From NCBI RefSeq assembly GCF_001306055.1, contig NZ_LGHJ01000012.1, forward strand, positions 270,001 to 302,000: a stretch of 32,000 nucleotides of DNA. The letters are read 5' to 3'. The stretch comes from Bellilinea caldifistulae (lineage in GTDB: Bacteria; Chloroflexota; Anaerolineae; Anaerolineales; Anaerolineaceae). The position numbers were made by a program, and so were the translations under genes. Under the pieces are notes generated by a model. The model ran no database searches, was not told the origin of the DNA, and saw nothing but the letters and a program-made list of their open reading frames with translations. Positions within the stretch are counted from its first letter, which is position 1, and every line of letters starts with the position of its first letter. This document shows, piece after piece, positions 1 to 8,946 of the stretch.

Positions 1-62
1 AAAGAGTAAGAAACTGTTGGTGTGGTTTTTAGCCGGTGGAACGACCCGGCTGAAGAAGGACT

Positions 63-91
63 TTGACAACCGAGGTAATTTCCTCTATGAT
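63..91 (+). promoter_or_regulatory. Sigma70-like promoter for the 89-aa membrane protein gene
   Basis: TTGACA (63-68), a 17-nt spacer, then TATGAT (86-91). It lies about 45 nt upstream of the ATG at 135, which has an AGGAGG SD at 122-127. Confidence 0.45.
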
Positions 92-134
92 ATTAAAAAC
101 GCTGAGATGAGGTATTTTCTCAGGAGGTGAAGCC

Positions 135-404
135 ATGCCCGGGCCTTTTCAAATGCCGCCCTTGCCTCAACTGCCCTTCTACATCAACCCTTTCCTGTTG
201 TGGGGGATCATTCTCGTGGCTGCCGTATTGCTGGCATGGACTTTCTTCCGCTTCATTTTTGCAGAACCGGGGGAAAGAGTTGGCGCGTTGGTGCCTTTCA
301 TGCTGGTTGTGATCGGCTTGTTTTTGCTTTACCTGATCGCGGACAATGCGCCGGCAATCACGGCTTTCTTTCGCCGTCTGACCGCTCCGCTTTTTCGCTG
401 GTGA
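135..404 (+). CDS. Hypothetical small membrane protein (89 aa, two predicted TM helices, Pro-rich N-terminus)
   Basis: ORF with AGGAGG 7 nt upstream of the ATG. It has two hydrophobic stretches (LLWGIILVAAVLLAWTFF and LVPFMLVVIGLFLLYLI). I do not recognise a family. Confidence 0.55.
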   Translation: MPGPFQMPPLPQLPFYINPFLLWGIILVAAVLLAWTFFRFIFAEPGERVGALVPFMLVVIGLFLLYLIADNAPAITAFFRRLTAPLFRW

Positions 405-418
405 CCCTCCAGCGAAGA

Positions 419-1318
419 TTAATCCTCTTCCGGCGGCGGCGCAGCAGCATCCCCATACGCCATCAGCAGGGCAAACTGGGTAATTGCGTTGTACACATCC
501 TCTAACTGGCTCTGTAAAGTCAAGTCACTGACAAAGTCCGGCTCTCCCAGTCGCTTGAGCAGCGGCTGGGGGATTTCGGGGGCGCGCACCTGAACCGAGA
601 AATCGCGGATATGTTCTCCAATCTGCCAGAAATGTTCAATCTGTTCTTCCAGCGGACTGTGTTCTTCCTTCGGGCGGGGCGGCGGTTGATCATCCACCTG
701 CAAGGTTGGCGGTTCGCCGTTCGAACGCCGGGCGCGCAGCGAGGCGAGAATCTGTTCCTGCGAACGCCCGCGCATGCGGAAGAGCAGGAAGGGATCTTCG
801 TCGAACCGCTCCCCCAGAATGTAATGTACCGCGGCAATGTGTTTGCAGGGGTTGGCTTTATCGGGGCAGGAACAGGTGGTAATCAAATCGTGGTGCGTTT
901 GCGGAAATAGACTGACCCCAGCGCTGGCAAAGGCTTCCTCGATATTTGCCGGCATTTCCCCGGCCAGCAGTTGCGCCGCAAAAATGGCCTGATCGGCCAG
1001 CACATTCAGCACCTTGCTCCACTGGGCGTTGGTCAGGTGGGTCAATCGGATGGTAACCCGGTAGGGTTTGGGGCGGGAGCCTTGCACCCGCGCTGTGATG
1101 CCTTCCTTATCCTCATCAATGGAAATTACCTGACCCTGCCGTGCGTAGTACTTGCCGCGCGCCAGCCGCGGCGCCGAAACCAGATTTTCCATTGCTGCAA
1201 TCCAGCGGCGCGCCCACCAGTTTTTTCCAAAAGATCCCCTTACGCTGTGAGCGCGGATGCCGCCGCGCACCTTGCGCGGGCTTAACCCCCATCCCCAGCC
1301 TTCCATTTCATCGTCCAT
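419..1318 (-). CDS. SWIM zinc-finger domain protein, partner of the upstream SNF2 helicase
   Basis: CxC-x9-CxH signature (TTCSCPDKANPCKHIAAVHYIL). It sits 24 nt downstream of the SNF2 ORF on the same strand. This pairing is known from Mycobacterium helZ/Rv2102 and Bacillus ywqA/ywqB. Confidence 0.8.
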   Translation of the reverse strand: MDDEMEGWGWGLSPRKVRGGIRAHSVRGSFGKNWWARRWIAAMENLVSAPRLARGKYYARQGQVISIDEDKEGITARVQGSRPKPYRVTIRLTHLTNAQWSKVLNVLADQAIFAAQLLAGEMPANIEEAFASAGVSLFPQTHHDLITTCSCPDKANPCKHIAAVHYILGERFDEDPFLLFRMRGRSQEQILASLRARRSNGEPPTLQVDDQPPPRPKEEHSPLEEQIEHFWQIGEHIRDFSVQVRAPEIPQPLLKRLGEPDFVSDLTLQSQLEDVYNAITQFALLMAYGDAAAPPPEED

Positions 1319-1342
1319 AAACTCCGTTGCCTCTCCCTTGGA

Positions 1343-4300
1343 TCACACCGGACGGCGCAGCATGACCAGTTCGCGCAGTTCCTCGGTGGACAATTCGGTC
1401 AACCACTCCTCACCGGTGCCGATGATAGACTGCGCCAGCCCCTTCTTGGATTCAATCATCTCGTCAATCCGTTCTTCCAGCGTGCCAACCGTGATGAATT
1501 TATGCACCTGTACATTGCGGGTCTGACCGATGCGGAAGGCGCGGTCGGTGGCCTGATCTTCCACCGCCGGGTTCCACCAACGGTCAAAGTGAAACACATG
1601 GCTGGCGCTGGTCAGGTTGAGTCCAAACCCGCCCGCCTTCAAAGAAAGAATGAAAATCGGCGGGGCGCTGGGGTCTTCCTGAAAACGGCGTACCATCTGA
1701 TCACGCGCTGCCGGTGGAGTGCCACCGTGCAGGTAATACACCGGGCAGCCCAGCATCTGCGGCAGGTACTGGCTGAGCAGGTGTCCCATCTCGGCAAACT
1801 GAGTAAACACCAGGGCGCGGTCGCCACTCTCCAAAATTTCTTCCAGCATCTCACCCAGGCGGGTCAATTTGCCGCTGCGCCCGTTGGTGTGGTTGCCGAA
1901 AGGTTCGCGCTCAGCCGGCTGTTTAAGAAAGTGAGCCGGATGATTGCAAACCTGTTTTAACTGGGTGAGCATGGTCAACACCAGCCCGCGCCGGGTGATG
2001 CCGTCGCTTTCTTCCACTTTCTTGAGCGCATCTTTGACCACCGCCTCATACAAAGTGGCCTGTTCCTCGCTCAGGTAGCAGTATTCCTTCATCTCGATCT
2101 TTTCCGGCAAGTCCTGAATGACGCGCGGGTCACTCTTCAGCCGGCGCAGGATGAACGGTCCGACCATTTGTTTCAAACGGGTAGTGGCTTCGCGGTCGCC
2201 AAAGCGTTCGATGGGAATGGCAAACTCGCGTCGGTACTTTTCCAGCGAGCCGAGGTAACCGGGGTTGAGGAAGTGCATAATGGACCACAACTCGGTCAGC
2301 CGGTTTTCCACCGGGGTACCGGTCAACGCAAAACGGAATTCGCCAGTCAATTTGCGCGCCGCCTGCGTTTGTTTGGCAGAGGGATTCTTGATGTTTTGCG
2401 CCTCATCGAGGATCACCCCGTACCAGCGCACCGATTGAAGTGTTTCGGCATCCATACGCAGCAGGGCATAACTGGTCAGCACCAGGTCGGCATTTTGAAC
2501 GGCCTGAATGAAGGCCTGATCCCGCAGCCGGTTCGGCCCCTGATGCACCATCACCTTGAGGGATGGGGCAAAGCGGCGAGTTTCGCGATCCCAGTTGGTC
2601 ACAACCGAGGTAGGGCAAATCAGCAAAGTGGGAGCCGGCAACTTACCCAGCGATTCTTTTTCATACAACAACAACGCCAGCGCCTGAATGGTCTTGCCTA
2701 ACCCCATGTCATCCGCCAGAATGGCCCCCAATCCCCAGCGGCGGTAGAAAGCCAGCCACGAAAAGCCAAACCGCTGATACGGACGCAGGCTGCCGTTGAG
2801 CGTAGCCGGTTGCGGCAGTTCGCTGAGGCGGTGATTGTCTGAAAGGCGGTCAAGCCACTCCGCCACCCACCCTTCCGCCTGGACTTCATCTAGCGGCAGG
2901 CCGTGGGCGGTATCGGCCCCCAGCGCCAGTTGGGCGGCTTCCAGTAGTCCCATCTGCCCACGGCGCTGCTGCTTTTCCCAAAAGCGGATGGCTGCCTCGA
3001 TCTGCTCGGCATCCAGCTGCACCCACTGACCGCGCAATTGTACCAGAGGCACTTTCAGGGCAGCCAGCTGCTCAAATTCTTCGCGTGAAAGAGTGGTATC
3101 CCCCAGTGAGAGTTCCCACTCATAGTTAATCAGGGTCTGGAATGTAAAATGGGCGGGCATGCCATTCTGCAGAGGCACATCCTTTTGAGGGAACAGTTTG
3201 ACCCGCACCCCAAGCCGTGCGCCGCGCTGATTCCACCACGGCGGTACCAGAATCCCAAAACCGGACTGTTCCAACAGCGGGGCTGCCTCGCGTAAAAACT
3301 GGTAGGCCGAGGTGGTGTCCAGTTCCAGACCGGTGGGGTGTTTGGCCTGTAAACTGGTGCGGATGGGGTTGAAGAACTTGGCCGCAAAGCCCAGACCCGC
3401 CAGCAACAATTCCTGGGGGTGTTTGAGATGAGCAACCGCCTTCATGTCCGCCGCACTGCGGAACCAGATATCCTCAGCCGGGATCAACAGGCTGGGGTCT
3501 CTACGGGATTGCAGCAGATATTCCAGAGTCCAGCGCGGGTTTGGCAAAGAATCGTCAGCCGGCGGTGCCGTCAGGCGCAACGCCACCCGGAAATGTTCGT
3601 CCCCGGCGGCTTCCAGATTGCGCATCCAGGCCCGCAGGCTGCTGTAAAGGGCTTTCAACTGGGCCGGGCTGGCTTTGACCCGCGGATCGGCGGTGAACAG
3701 GGCTGCCAGCCAGATGTCGAGTGTGTTCTCTTTTTCAGGCAGCAGCAATGGGGCTTTGGAGCGTCCCCAGGAGCGCGCCAGCGCGTCACAAGTCATTTTC
3801 AAGAAGCTATCCAGCAGGCTGCGCGAGGTATGACTGACCTGTTTGATGGTCTTCCCGATGGCAACCGCGCTGCTCACTTCAGCCCGGCAAATCGGCGGCA
3901 TGGCGCGTTCCAGCAAAGCAAGGCGGATACCGTCTTCCTGCCCATCCAGCACCGGACGCCAGCGCGCCAAGTACATTTCCGGCTGACCTTCGGCAATCAC
4001 CTGCTCCAGGGTGGGCAAAATGCGCTGCCCGGCAAGGATTTCCAGCACCAGCCCGCATACGGTTTGCCAGTAGCGCGCGTCTGGCCCCAGCATGAAGCCG
4101 CTGGTTCGGCTTTCAGCGGGCAGGTTGGCAAGCACGCCGAACGCCTTGCCGGCCGGCAGCCACAAGCCGCGCACCAGCCAGGGCAGCAATTTGGGGTTAG
4201 AAATCTCATCCGGTTCCCACTCCGGGTTCAGGTCCGGCGAGGGAAGCGGAATGTTTTGACTGGAAGGCAGACGCAGACGCACCGCGCCGATCTGGGCATC

Positions 4301-4504
4301 ATCCAGCGGGGTACCACTGCCAATTTGCAAACGGATGGTATCCGGTTCAAGGCAGAAAGGATGATCCCGCACCTGAGTGCGTTTTGCCGCAAAACCCCGT
4401 CCGCGAGGTTCAGGCTTTTGTTCCGGGCTTTCTGCCCAGAACAAGACCCCTCCACTCTCTGTGGGACGGCGCGGCGGCTGCCAGTGAGCGTGTAATACCC
4501 ACAT
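1343..4504 (-). CDS. SNF2/SWI2 family DEAD/H helicase-like ATPase (HelZ/YwqA-like, 1053 aa) with a long N-terminal SNF2-helicase-associated region
   Basis: Motif I LADDMGLGKT, motif II DEAQNIKN, motif III ALTGTPVENRL, and C-terminal helicase motif GGFGLNLTSASHVFHFDRWWNPAVEDQATDRAFRIGQ. The N-terminus MWVLHAHW is typical of this bacterial SNF2 subgroup. Confidence 0.9.
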   Translation of the reverse strand: MWVLHAHWQPPRRPTESGGVLFWAESPEQKPEPRGRGFAAKRTQVRDHPFCLEPDTIRLQIGSGTPLDDAQIGAVRLRLPSSQNIPLPSPDLNPEWEPDEISNPKLLPWLVRGLWLPAGKAFGVLANLPAESRTSGFMLGPDARYWQTVCGLVLEILAGQRILPTLEQVIAEGQPEMYLARWRPVLDGQEDGIRLALLERAMPPICRAEVSSAVAIGKTIKQVSHTSRSLLDSFLKMTCDALARSWGRSKAPLLLPEKENTLDIWLAALFTADPRVKASPAQLKALYSSLRAWMRNLEAAGDEHFRVALRLTAPPADDSLPNPRWTLEYLLQSRRDPSLLIPAEDIWFRSAADMKAVAHLKHPQELLLAGLGFAAKFFNPIRTSLQAKHPTGLELDTTSAYQFLREAAPLLEQSGFGILVPPWWNQRGARLGVRVKLFPQKDVPLQNGMPAHFTFQTLINYEWELSLGDTTLSREEFEQLAALKVPLVQLRGQWVQLDAEQIEAAIRFWEKQQRRGQMGLLEAAQLALGADTAHGLPLDEVQAEGWVAEWLDRLSDNHRLSELPQPATLNGSLRPYQRFGFSWLAFYRRWGLGAILADDMGLGKTIQALALLLYEKESLGKLPAPTLLICPTSVVTNWDRETRRFAPSLKVMVHQGPNRLRDQAFIQAVQNADLVLTSYALLRMDAETLQSVRWYGVILDEAQNIKNPSAKQTQAARKLTGEFRFALTGTPVENRLTELWSIMHFLNPGYLGSLEKYRREFAIPIERFGDREATTRLKQMVGPFILRRLKSDPRVIQDLPEKIEMKEYCYLSEEQATLYEAVVKDALKKVEESDGITRRGLVLTMLTQLKQVCNHPAHFLKQPAEREPFGNHTNGRSGKLTRLGEMLEEILESGDRALVFTQFAEMGHLLSQYLPQMLGCPVYYLHGGTPPAARDQMVRRFQEDPSAPPIFILSLKAGGFGLNLTSASHVFHFDRWWNPAVEDQATDRAFRIGQTRNVQVHKFITVGTLEERIDEMIESKKGLAQSIIGTGEEWLTELSTEELRELVMLRRPV

Positions 4505-4924
4505 AACGGCTTATGAATTAACCTTCGGATTCAAAAATGATACTTCCTCAACGGATTCTTAAAGTTGCAGGCAAACGCCGAATTTCGGCGAAAGGCGGTA
4601 AGTCCATCCATTCATGCTTCACACCTCAGCGGGTGTGTTCACCAACCCACTTTCCCCTCGCATTCAAATGAGCAATTTCAAAGGTTCAACACCAATATGA
4701 CCAGTTGACTCGTTCATCAAGATTGTTTGTGAAGCGTCCCTCGGTCACTCAGGCATACTGCCTCGTCCCCCATCATCAAGTGACTTACTCGTCCGCTTCG
4801 GTTTAGCATAGATCAACAATCTAATTATAACCGAACTCGTAAAATTGCAAGGTTTTTTACAAGGTTGTGTTTTTGTTGGGCGTCAGCAAGAAAATCATCC
4901 AAGAATCGCCACCCGGTTAAAGTC

Positions 4925-4975
4925 TTGTCCGGCTGCCCTTCTTCCGTGTTTAGCCGGAGCAGGGCAGCCGGACAA
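4925..4975 (-). terminator. Long hairpin downstream of pheT (probable terminator, weak U-tract)
   Basis: Perfect 15-bp stem, TTGTCCGGCTGCCCT (4925-4939) pairing with AGGGCAGCCGGACAA (4961-4975), with a 21-nt loop that can form 4 more pairs. It begins 14 nt after the pheT stop. Only 3 T follow on the minus strand. Confidence 0.45.
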
Positions 4976-4988
4976 ACAGGCCGGCCCT

Positions 4989-7535
4989 CTAGCCGCGCAG
5001 TCTGGCGTTGACTTGCTGCTCCAACCGGCGGATGATCCGCTGGCGGATCTGGGCTGCTTCAGCCGCGGTAAGGGTATGATCGTCGGCCTGGTAGGTCAGG
5101 CTGTAGGCCAGACTCTTCTTGCCCGCGCCAATCTGTTCACCGCGGTAGATATCAAACAGACGCACCGCCCGCAGCATTTTGCCGCCACCCTGCCAGATGG
5201 CTTTCTCCACTTCCACCGCCGGTACATCCTCATCCACAATCACAGCAATATCTTCCAGAACCGGCGGAAAGACCGGCACGGGCTGCGTCTCGCGGCGGCT
5301 CTGGCGGCTGGCGAGGATCGCCTGCATGTCCAATTCAGCGACAATCACCGGCGGGGTCAGCAGGTCATACTGCTCTTTGACCAGCGGGTGCAGTTCCCCA
5401 AACACTCCCAAACGGACATCCCCGCTGAACAATTCAGCAGATTTGCCGGGGTGCAGGGAGGGATGGGCTGCCGGTTCAAAGCGCAGCGGTTGGAGGTGCA
5501 GGTCGCTGCCCAAGCATTCCAGAATGCCCTTCAGGTCGAAGAAATCGTAGTAAGGCGGGCGGGCATTATCCCAGGCCGGTGGCTGACGCAATCCGCTCAG
5601 GGCAATCGCCACAAAAATCGGCTCATCCGGCAAAACCTGATCCTGGCGCGGCCAGAAGACCGGCCCAATTTCAAACAGAGCCAGCCGTTCGCTCAGTCGC
5701 GCGTTCTTTTCCAGCGTATCCAGCAGCGAGGCCAGCAACGAACGGCGCATGACCGCCCGTTCCGGGTTGAGCGGATTGCGGAGGGTCAGGTATGCCGGTT
5801 CGGGCGGACGGTTCTCCGGCGGGTAGAGGCGCATCTCGCGCTGCGGGGCAGTCAGGCGGTAGTTGATGACTTCCTGCAGCCCAAAGCGAATCAAGGCCTG
5901 GCGCACCTGTTTTTCCACCTCCAACGCCGCATCCGAGCGCGGCAGCGGCAGCGGATCAGCCAGACGGGTAGAGGGGATGTTCTGGTAACCGTAAATGCGC
6001 GCAATTTCTTCGATCAAATCGGCTTTACCAGTCTCGCCGCTGCCAATATCCAGACGGTGTGGCGGGGTTTTGGCAAGCACCTCGTCCCCCTCAACCCGGC
6101 AGGTAAATTCAAGCCGGTTGAGAATTTCGGCAATCTGACCCGCGTTCAGTTCAATCCCCAGCAGACGGCGCACATCCGCTTCGCTCAGGCGGATTTCGGG
6201 GTCTTGGGGCGGTAGGGGATATTCATCCACCAGATCAGCGTACACCTGACCACCGCTCCACTCCGCCATTCGCTGTAAACACAACACAACGCCCTGTTCG
6301 GCAAGGGCTGGATGCACCCCGCGCGAAAAACGGTAAGCCGCTTCGGAATTCAAGCGCTGATGAAAGGCGGTGCGGCGCACATTGACGAAGTTCCAGGCCG
6401 CACCTTCCAGCAGCACCGTGCGGGTCTGCGGGCTGACCTCGCTTTCCAGCCCGCCCATCACGCCGGCCAGCGAGAGAGGTCCGGCCGTATCGCACACCAG
6501 CACGGTAAACGGTTCGAGGGTACGCTCCACCCCATCCAGCGTGGTCAGTTTTTCGCCCGGCTCGGCCGCGCGGGTGATGATGGTCGGCGAACCGCCGCCG
6601 GCGCGTCGCACCAGCACATCGTAATCAAAGGCATGCAGCGGTTCTCCCAGTTCCAGCATGACGTAGTTGGTCGCATCCACCACACTGTTGATCGGGCGCA
6701 TGCCCGCCAGACGCAGTCGGCGCTGAACCCAGTAGGGGCTCGGCTGCGGCGTTACGCCTTCCACCAGCCCCAGCACAAAACGCGGGTTGAGGGTTGGGTC
6801 GGTGATCCGTATTGCCGCTTTGCCCTTCATCGAGGGGCCTTTTTCGGGCAGTTTTGCCTGCGGGTAACGCAGGGGTTTACCGAGCAATGCGGCCAGTTCG
6901 CGCGCCACCCCAATCATCGAGGCGTTCCGAATCATGTTGGGCAATATCGAAACTTCCAGCACGGCATCGCCCATGTAATCCACCAGCGGCACACCGGTCG
7001 GCGCGTCATCATCCAGCAGGATGATGCCCTCATGCTCATCGGAGATGCCCAGTTCCTTCTCGGAACAAACCATCGAAAACGAATCCACCCCCCGAATCCG
7101 GGCGCGTTTGAGGGTGGTCAGCACCTGACCGGGCTGGTGACCATCGTAAATGCGCGCCCCTTCACGAGCATAAGCCACCTTGATCGGTTTGGGCAGAGGG
7201 CCTTTGCCCTTGTACTCGAACAAATTGGGCGCGCCGGTCAGAACGATGATTTCACCCGTGCCGTCGTTCAAGCGGCACAGTACCAGCCGGTCGGCATTCG
7301 GGTGCGGCATGACCTCGTCAATCTGAGCAACCACAATTTTATCGGGCTGCCACGAAAGTCCGGTCACCTTGAACTCGCGCGGCGTATCGGCCGGCAGGCC
7401 GGCATACGGATCGGGCAGGCCCACCAGTTGAATCTCTTCCACCTCCAGCCCGGCCATCGTCAGGGTTCTGGCCAGATCCAGCAGGGGCAGATCAATCTCG
7501 ATATAATCTTTGAGCCAGGAAAGCGGTATTTTCAT
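4989..7535 (-). CDS. pheT: Phenylalanine--tRNA ligase beta subunit
   Basis: 848 aa. N-terminus MKIPLSWLKDYIEIDL is typical of PheT. The length and B3/4, B5 and FDX-ACB-like layout fit. The start overlaps the pheS stop (ATGA). Confidence 0.95.
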   Translation of the reverse strand: MKIPLSWLKDYIEIDLPLLDLARTLTMAGLEVEEIQLVGLPDPYAGLPADTPREFKVTGLSWQPDKIVVAQIDEVMPHPNADRLVLCRLNDGTGEIIVLTGAPNLFEYKGKGPLPKPIKVAYAREGARIYDGHQPGQVLTTLKRARIRGVDSFSMVCSEKELGISDEHEGIILLDDDAPTGVPLVDYMGDAVLEVSILPNMIRNASMIGVARELAALLGKPLRYPQAKLPEKGPSMKGKAAIRITDPTLNPRFVLGLVEGVTPQPSPYWVQRRLRLAGMRPINSVVDATNYVMLELGEPLHAFDYDVLVRRAGGGSPTIITRAAEPGEKLTTLDGVERTLEPFTVLVCDTAGPLSLAGVMGGLESEVSPQTRTVLLEGAAWNFVNVRRTAFHQRLNSEAAYRFSRGVHPALAEQGVVLCLQRMAEWSGGQVYADLVDEYPLPPQDPEIRLSEADVRRLLGIELNAGQIAEILNRLEFTCRVEGDEVLAKTPPHRLDIGSGETGKADLIEEIARIYGYQNIPSTRLADPLPLPRSDAALEVEKQVRQALIRFGLQEVINYRLTAPQREMRLYPPENRPPEPAYLTLRNPLNPERAVMRRSLLASLLDTLEKNARLSERLALFEIGPVFWPRQDQVLPDEPIFVAIALSGLRQPPAWDNARPPYYDFFDLKGILECLGSDLHLQPLRFEPAAHPSLHPGKSAELFSGDVRLGVFGELHPLVKEQYDLLTPPVIVAELDMQAILASRQSRRETQPVPVFPPVLEDIAVIVDEDVPAVEVEKAIWQGGGKMLRAVRLFDIYRGEQIGAGKKSLAYSLTYQADDHTLTAAEAAQIRQRIIRRLEQQVNARLRG

Positions 7536-8578
7536 CAGAACTGCTCCAGAAAACGAATATCATTCGCCCAAAAGTAACGGATATCCTCGATGTGGTACTT
7601 CAACATGGCAATCCGCTCCGGTCCAAGTCCGGCTGCAAAACCGGAATAGACCGCCGGATCATACCCGCCGTTTTGGAGCACCACCGGATGCACCATGCCG
7701 CAGCCGCCAATTTCCAGCCAGCCGCTGCCGCGGCACACCCCGCAGCCCTTGCCGCCGCAGATGAAACACTCCATGTCCACCTCTGCGCTCGGCTCGGTGA
7801 AGGGGAAGTAGGACGGCCGGAAACGGGTGCGGGCATTCTCGCCGAACATGCGCCGGGCAAAGCTTTCCAGCGTGCCTTTCAGGTCGGCAAAGGTGATGTG
7901 CTGCCCCACCGCCAGCAACTCCACCTGATTGAATTGCATCTCATGGCTGGCATTGGTCTGCTCATAGCGGTAGACCATGCCCGGCAGGATAACCCGGATC
8001 GGGTTGGGGGCCATCTCACGCATGGCGCGAATCTGACCGGGGGATGTGTGTGTCCGCAGGATGACGCCGGGGGTGGTGGTGTGAAAGGTATCCCACATAT
8101 CCCGGGCCGGATGATGAGCGGGGATGTTGAGCAGTTCAAAGTTCATCTCCTCCGTCTCCACTTCCGGCGAGCGGTAAATTTGAAAGCCCATCTCGATAAA
8201 GATAGCGCAGATTTCATCCAGCGCCTGCGTAGCCGGGTGAGCCCGGCCGAAAGCCGGTAACCGCCCCGGCAGGGTCACATCCAGCCGTTCGGCGGTCAGT
8301 TTGCGTTCCAACGCTTCGCGGCGTAGCACGGCGGCGCGTTCTTCCAGCGCATTTTCCAGCGCTACCTTGACCTGATTGGCTTTCTGCCCGACTTGCTGGC
8401 GCAGCTCTTTGGGAATGCTGCCCATCCGCGCAAAGACCTGCATCACCGGCGCGCTGCGCCCCAGATGGGCGGTGCGCCAGCCGACCAGTTGGGCTTCATC
8501 CTGAATCTGTTGCAAGGCGTCCAGTCCATTTTGTAAAATGCGGTCAAGTTCTTCCAAGATGTTTTCGGAATCGTTCAC
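7535..8578 (-). CDS. pheS: Phenylalanine--tRNA ligase alpha subunit
   Basis: 347 aa with class II aaRS motifs (HPARDMWDTF, FRPSYFPFTEPSAEVD, GCGMVHP). GTG start with a GGGAGGT SD 5 nt upstream. Confidence 0.95.
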   Translation of the reverse strand: MNDSENILEELDRILQNGLDALQQIQDEAQLVGWRTAHLGRSAPVMQVFARMGSIPKELRQQVGQKANQVKVALENALEERAAVLRREALERKLTAERLDVTLPGRLPAFGRAHPATQALDEICAIFIEMGFQIYRSPEVETEEMNFELLNIPAHHPARDMWDTFHTTTPGVILRTHTSPGQIRAMREMAPNPIRVILPGMVYRYEQTNASHEMQFNQVELLAVGQHITFADLKGTLESFARRMFGENARTRFRPSYFPFTEPSAEVDMECFICGGKGCGVCRGSGWLEIGGCGMVHPVVLQNGGYDPAVYSGFAAGLGPERIAMLKYHIEDIRYFWANDIRFLEQF

Positions 8579-8608
8579 GTTTACCTCCCGATTCGATTTG
8601 CGGTGAAT

Positions 8609-8636
8609 AAAAATCCCGTCCCGGTCAAGGGACGGG
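8609..8636 (-). terminator. Intrinsic terminator of the T-box leader (attenuator)
   Basis: Minus strand reads CCCGTCCC-TTGACC-GGGACGGG followed by ATTTTTATT. This is an 8-bp GC-rich stem plus a T-tract about 30 nt upstream of the pheS start. Its 5' arm overlaps the region that can pair with the T-box sequence. Confidence 0.8.
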
Positions 8637-8911
8637 AGGGATTTTCCCGCGGTACCACCCTGCTTGGCTGCCGGTGTAGCAGCCCACTCAACCCAACGGT
8701 TCTACCATCCGGCAGAACGATTGGAGCGCCGGTTAACGCTGGCGATGCGGCCCGAACTACTGGCTCTCGCTAAGGAGAGCGTTCCCCCGGGCGGCTCAGG
8801 AGGGAACTTCGACCGGTTTCTGCCGGGCTGGGGTTTCAGTCTGCGCCCCGGCCTCCCTGTCGGTTTCCGCCGGTTTACTTTCCTCCGTCATTGCCGTTTG
8901 CGGATATGGAA
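8609..8911 (-). promoter_or_regulatory. T-box riboswitch leader (tRNA-Phe sensing) controlling pheST
   Basis: Minus strand contains the conserved T-box sequence CAGGGTGGTACCGCGGG (8662-8646). It also has an F-box-like GCGTTA and a Stem I base GGAGG/CCTCC enclosing AGTA on the 5' side and GAAGTTC on the 3' side. The UUC Phe codon corresponds to plus 8806-8804. The terminator hairpin follows. Confidence 0.85.
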
Positions 8912-8917
8912 TATCCT

Positions 8918-8946
8918 TATTATCTTCAGAATGAACGGCTTGTCAA
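8918..8946 (-). promoter_or_regulatory. Sigma70-like promoter of the pheST T-box leader
   Basis: Minus strand TTGACA (8946-8941), then either a 16-nt spacer and GATAAT or a 17-nt spacer and ATAATA (8924-8918). Confidence 0.6.

Noticed and set aside
4537-4671. 44-aa ORF (MILPQRILKVAGKRRISAKGG...) in the long spacer upstream of the SNF2 gene
   Set aside because: It has no SD and no hydrophobic or otherwise recognisable pattern. It is likely a chance ORF, so the spacer is reported as noncoding instead.
3419-8260. Long plus-strand ORFs antisense to the SNF2, pheT and pheS genes (3419-4495 at 358 aa, 4845-6215 at 456 aa, 6312-7577 at 421 aa, 7592-8260 at 222 aa)
   Set aside because: These are shadow ORFs, typical of high-GC DNA. 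Their translations are Arg/Gly/Gln/His/Ala-rich with no recognisable motifs, and each lies entirely opposite a gene with unmistakable family signatures.
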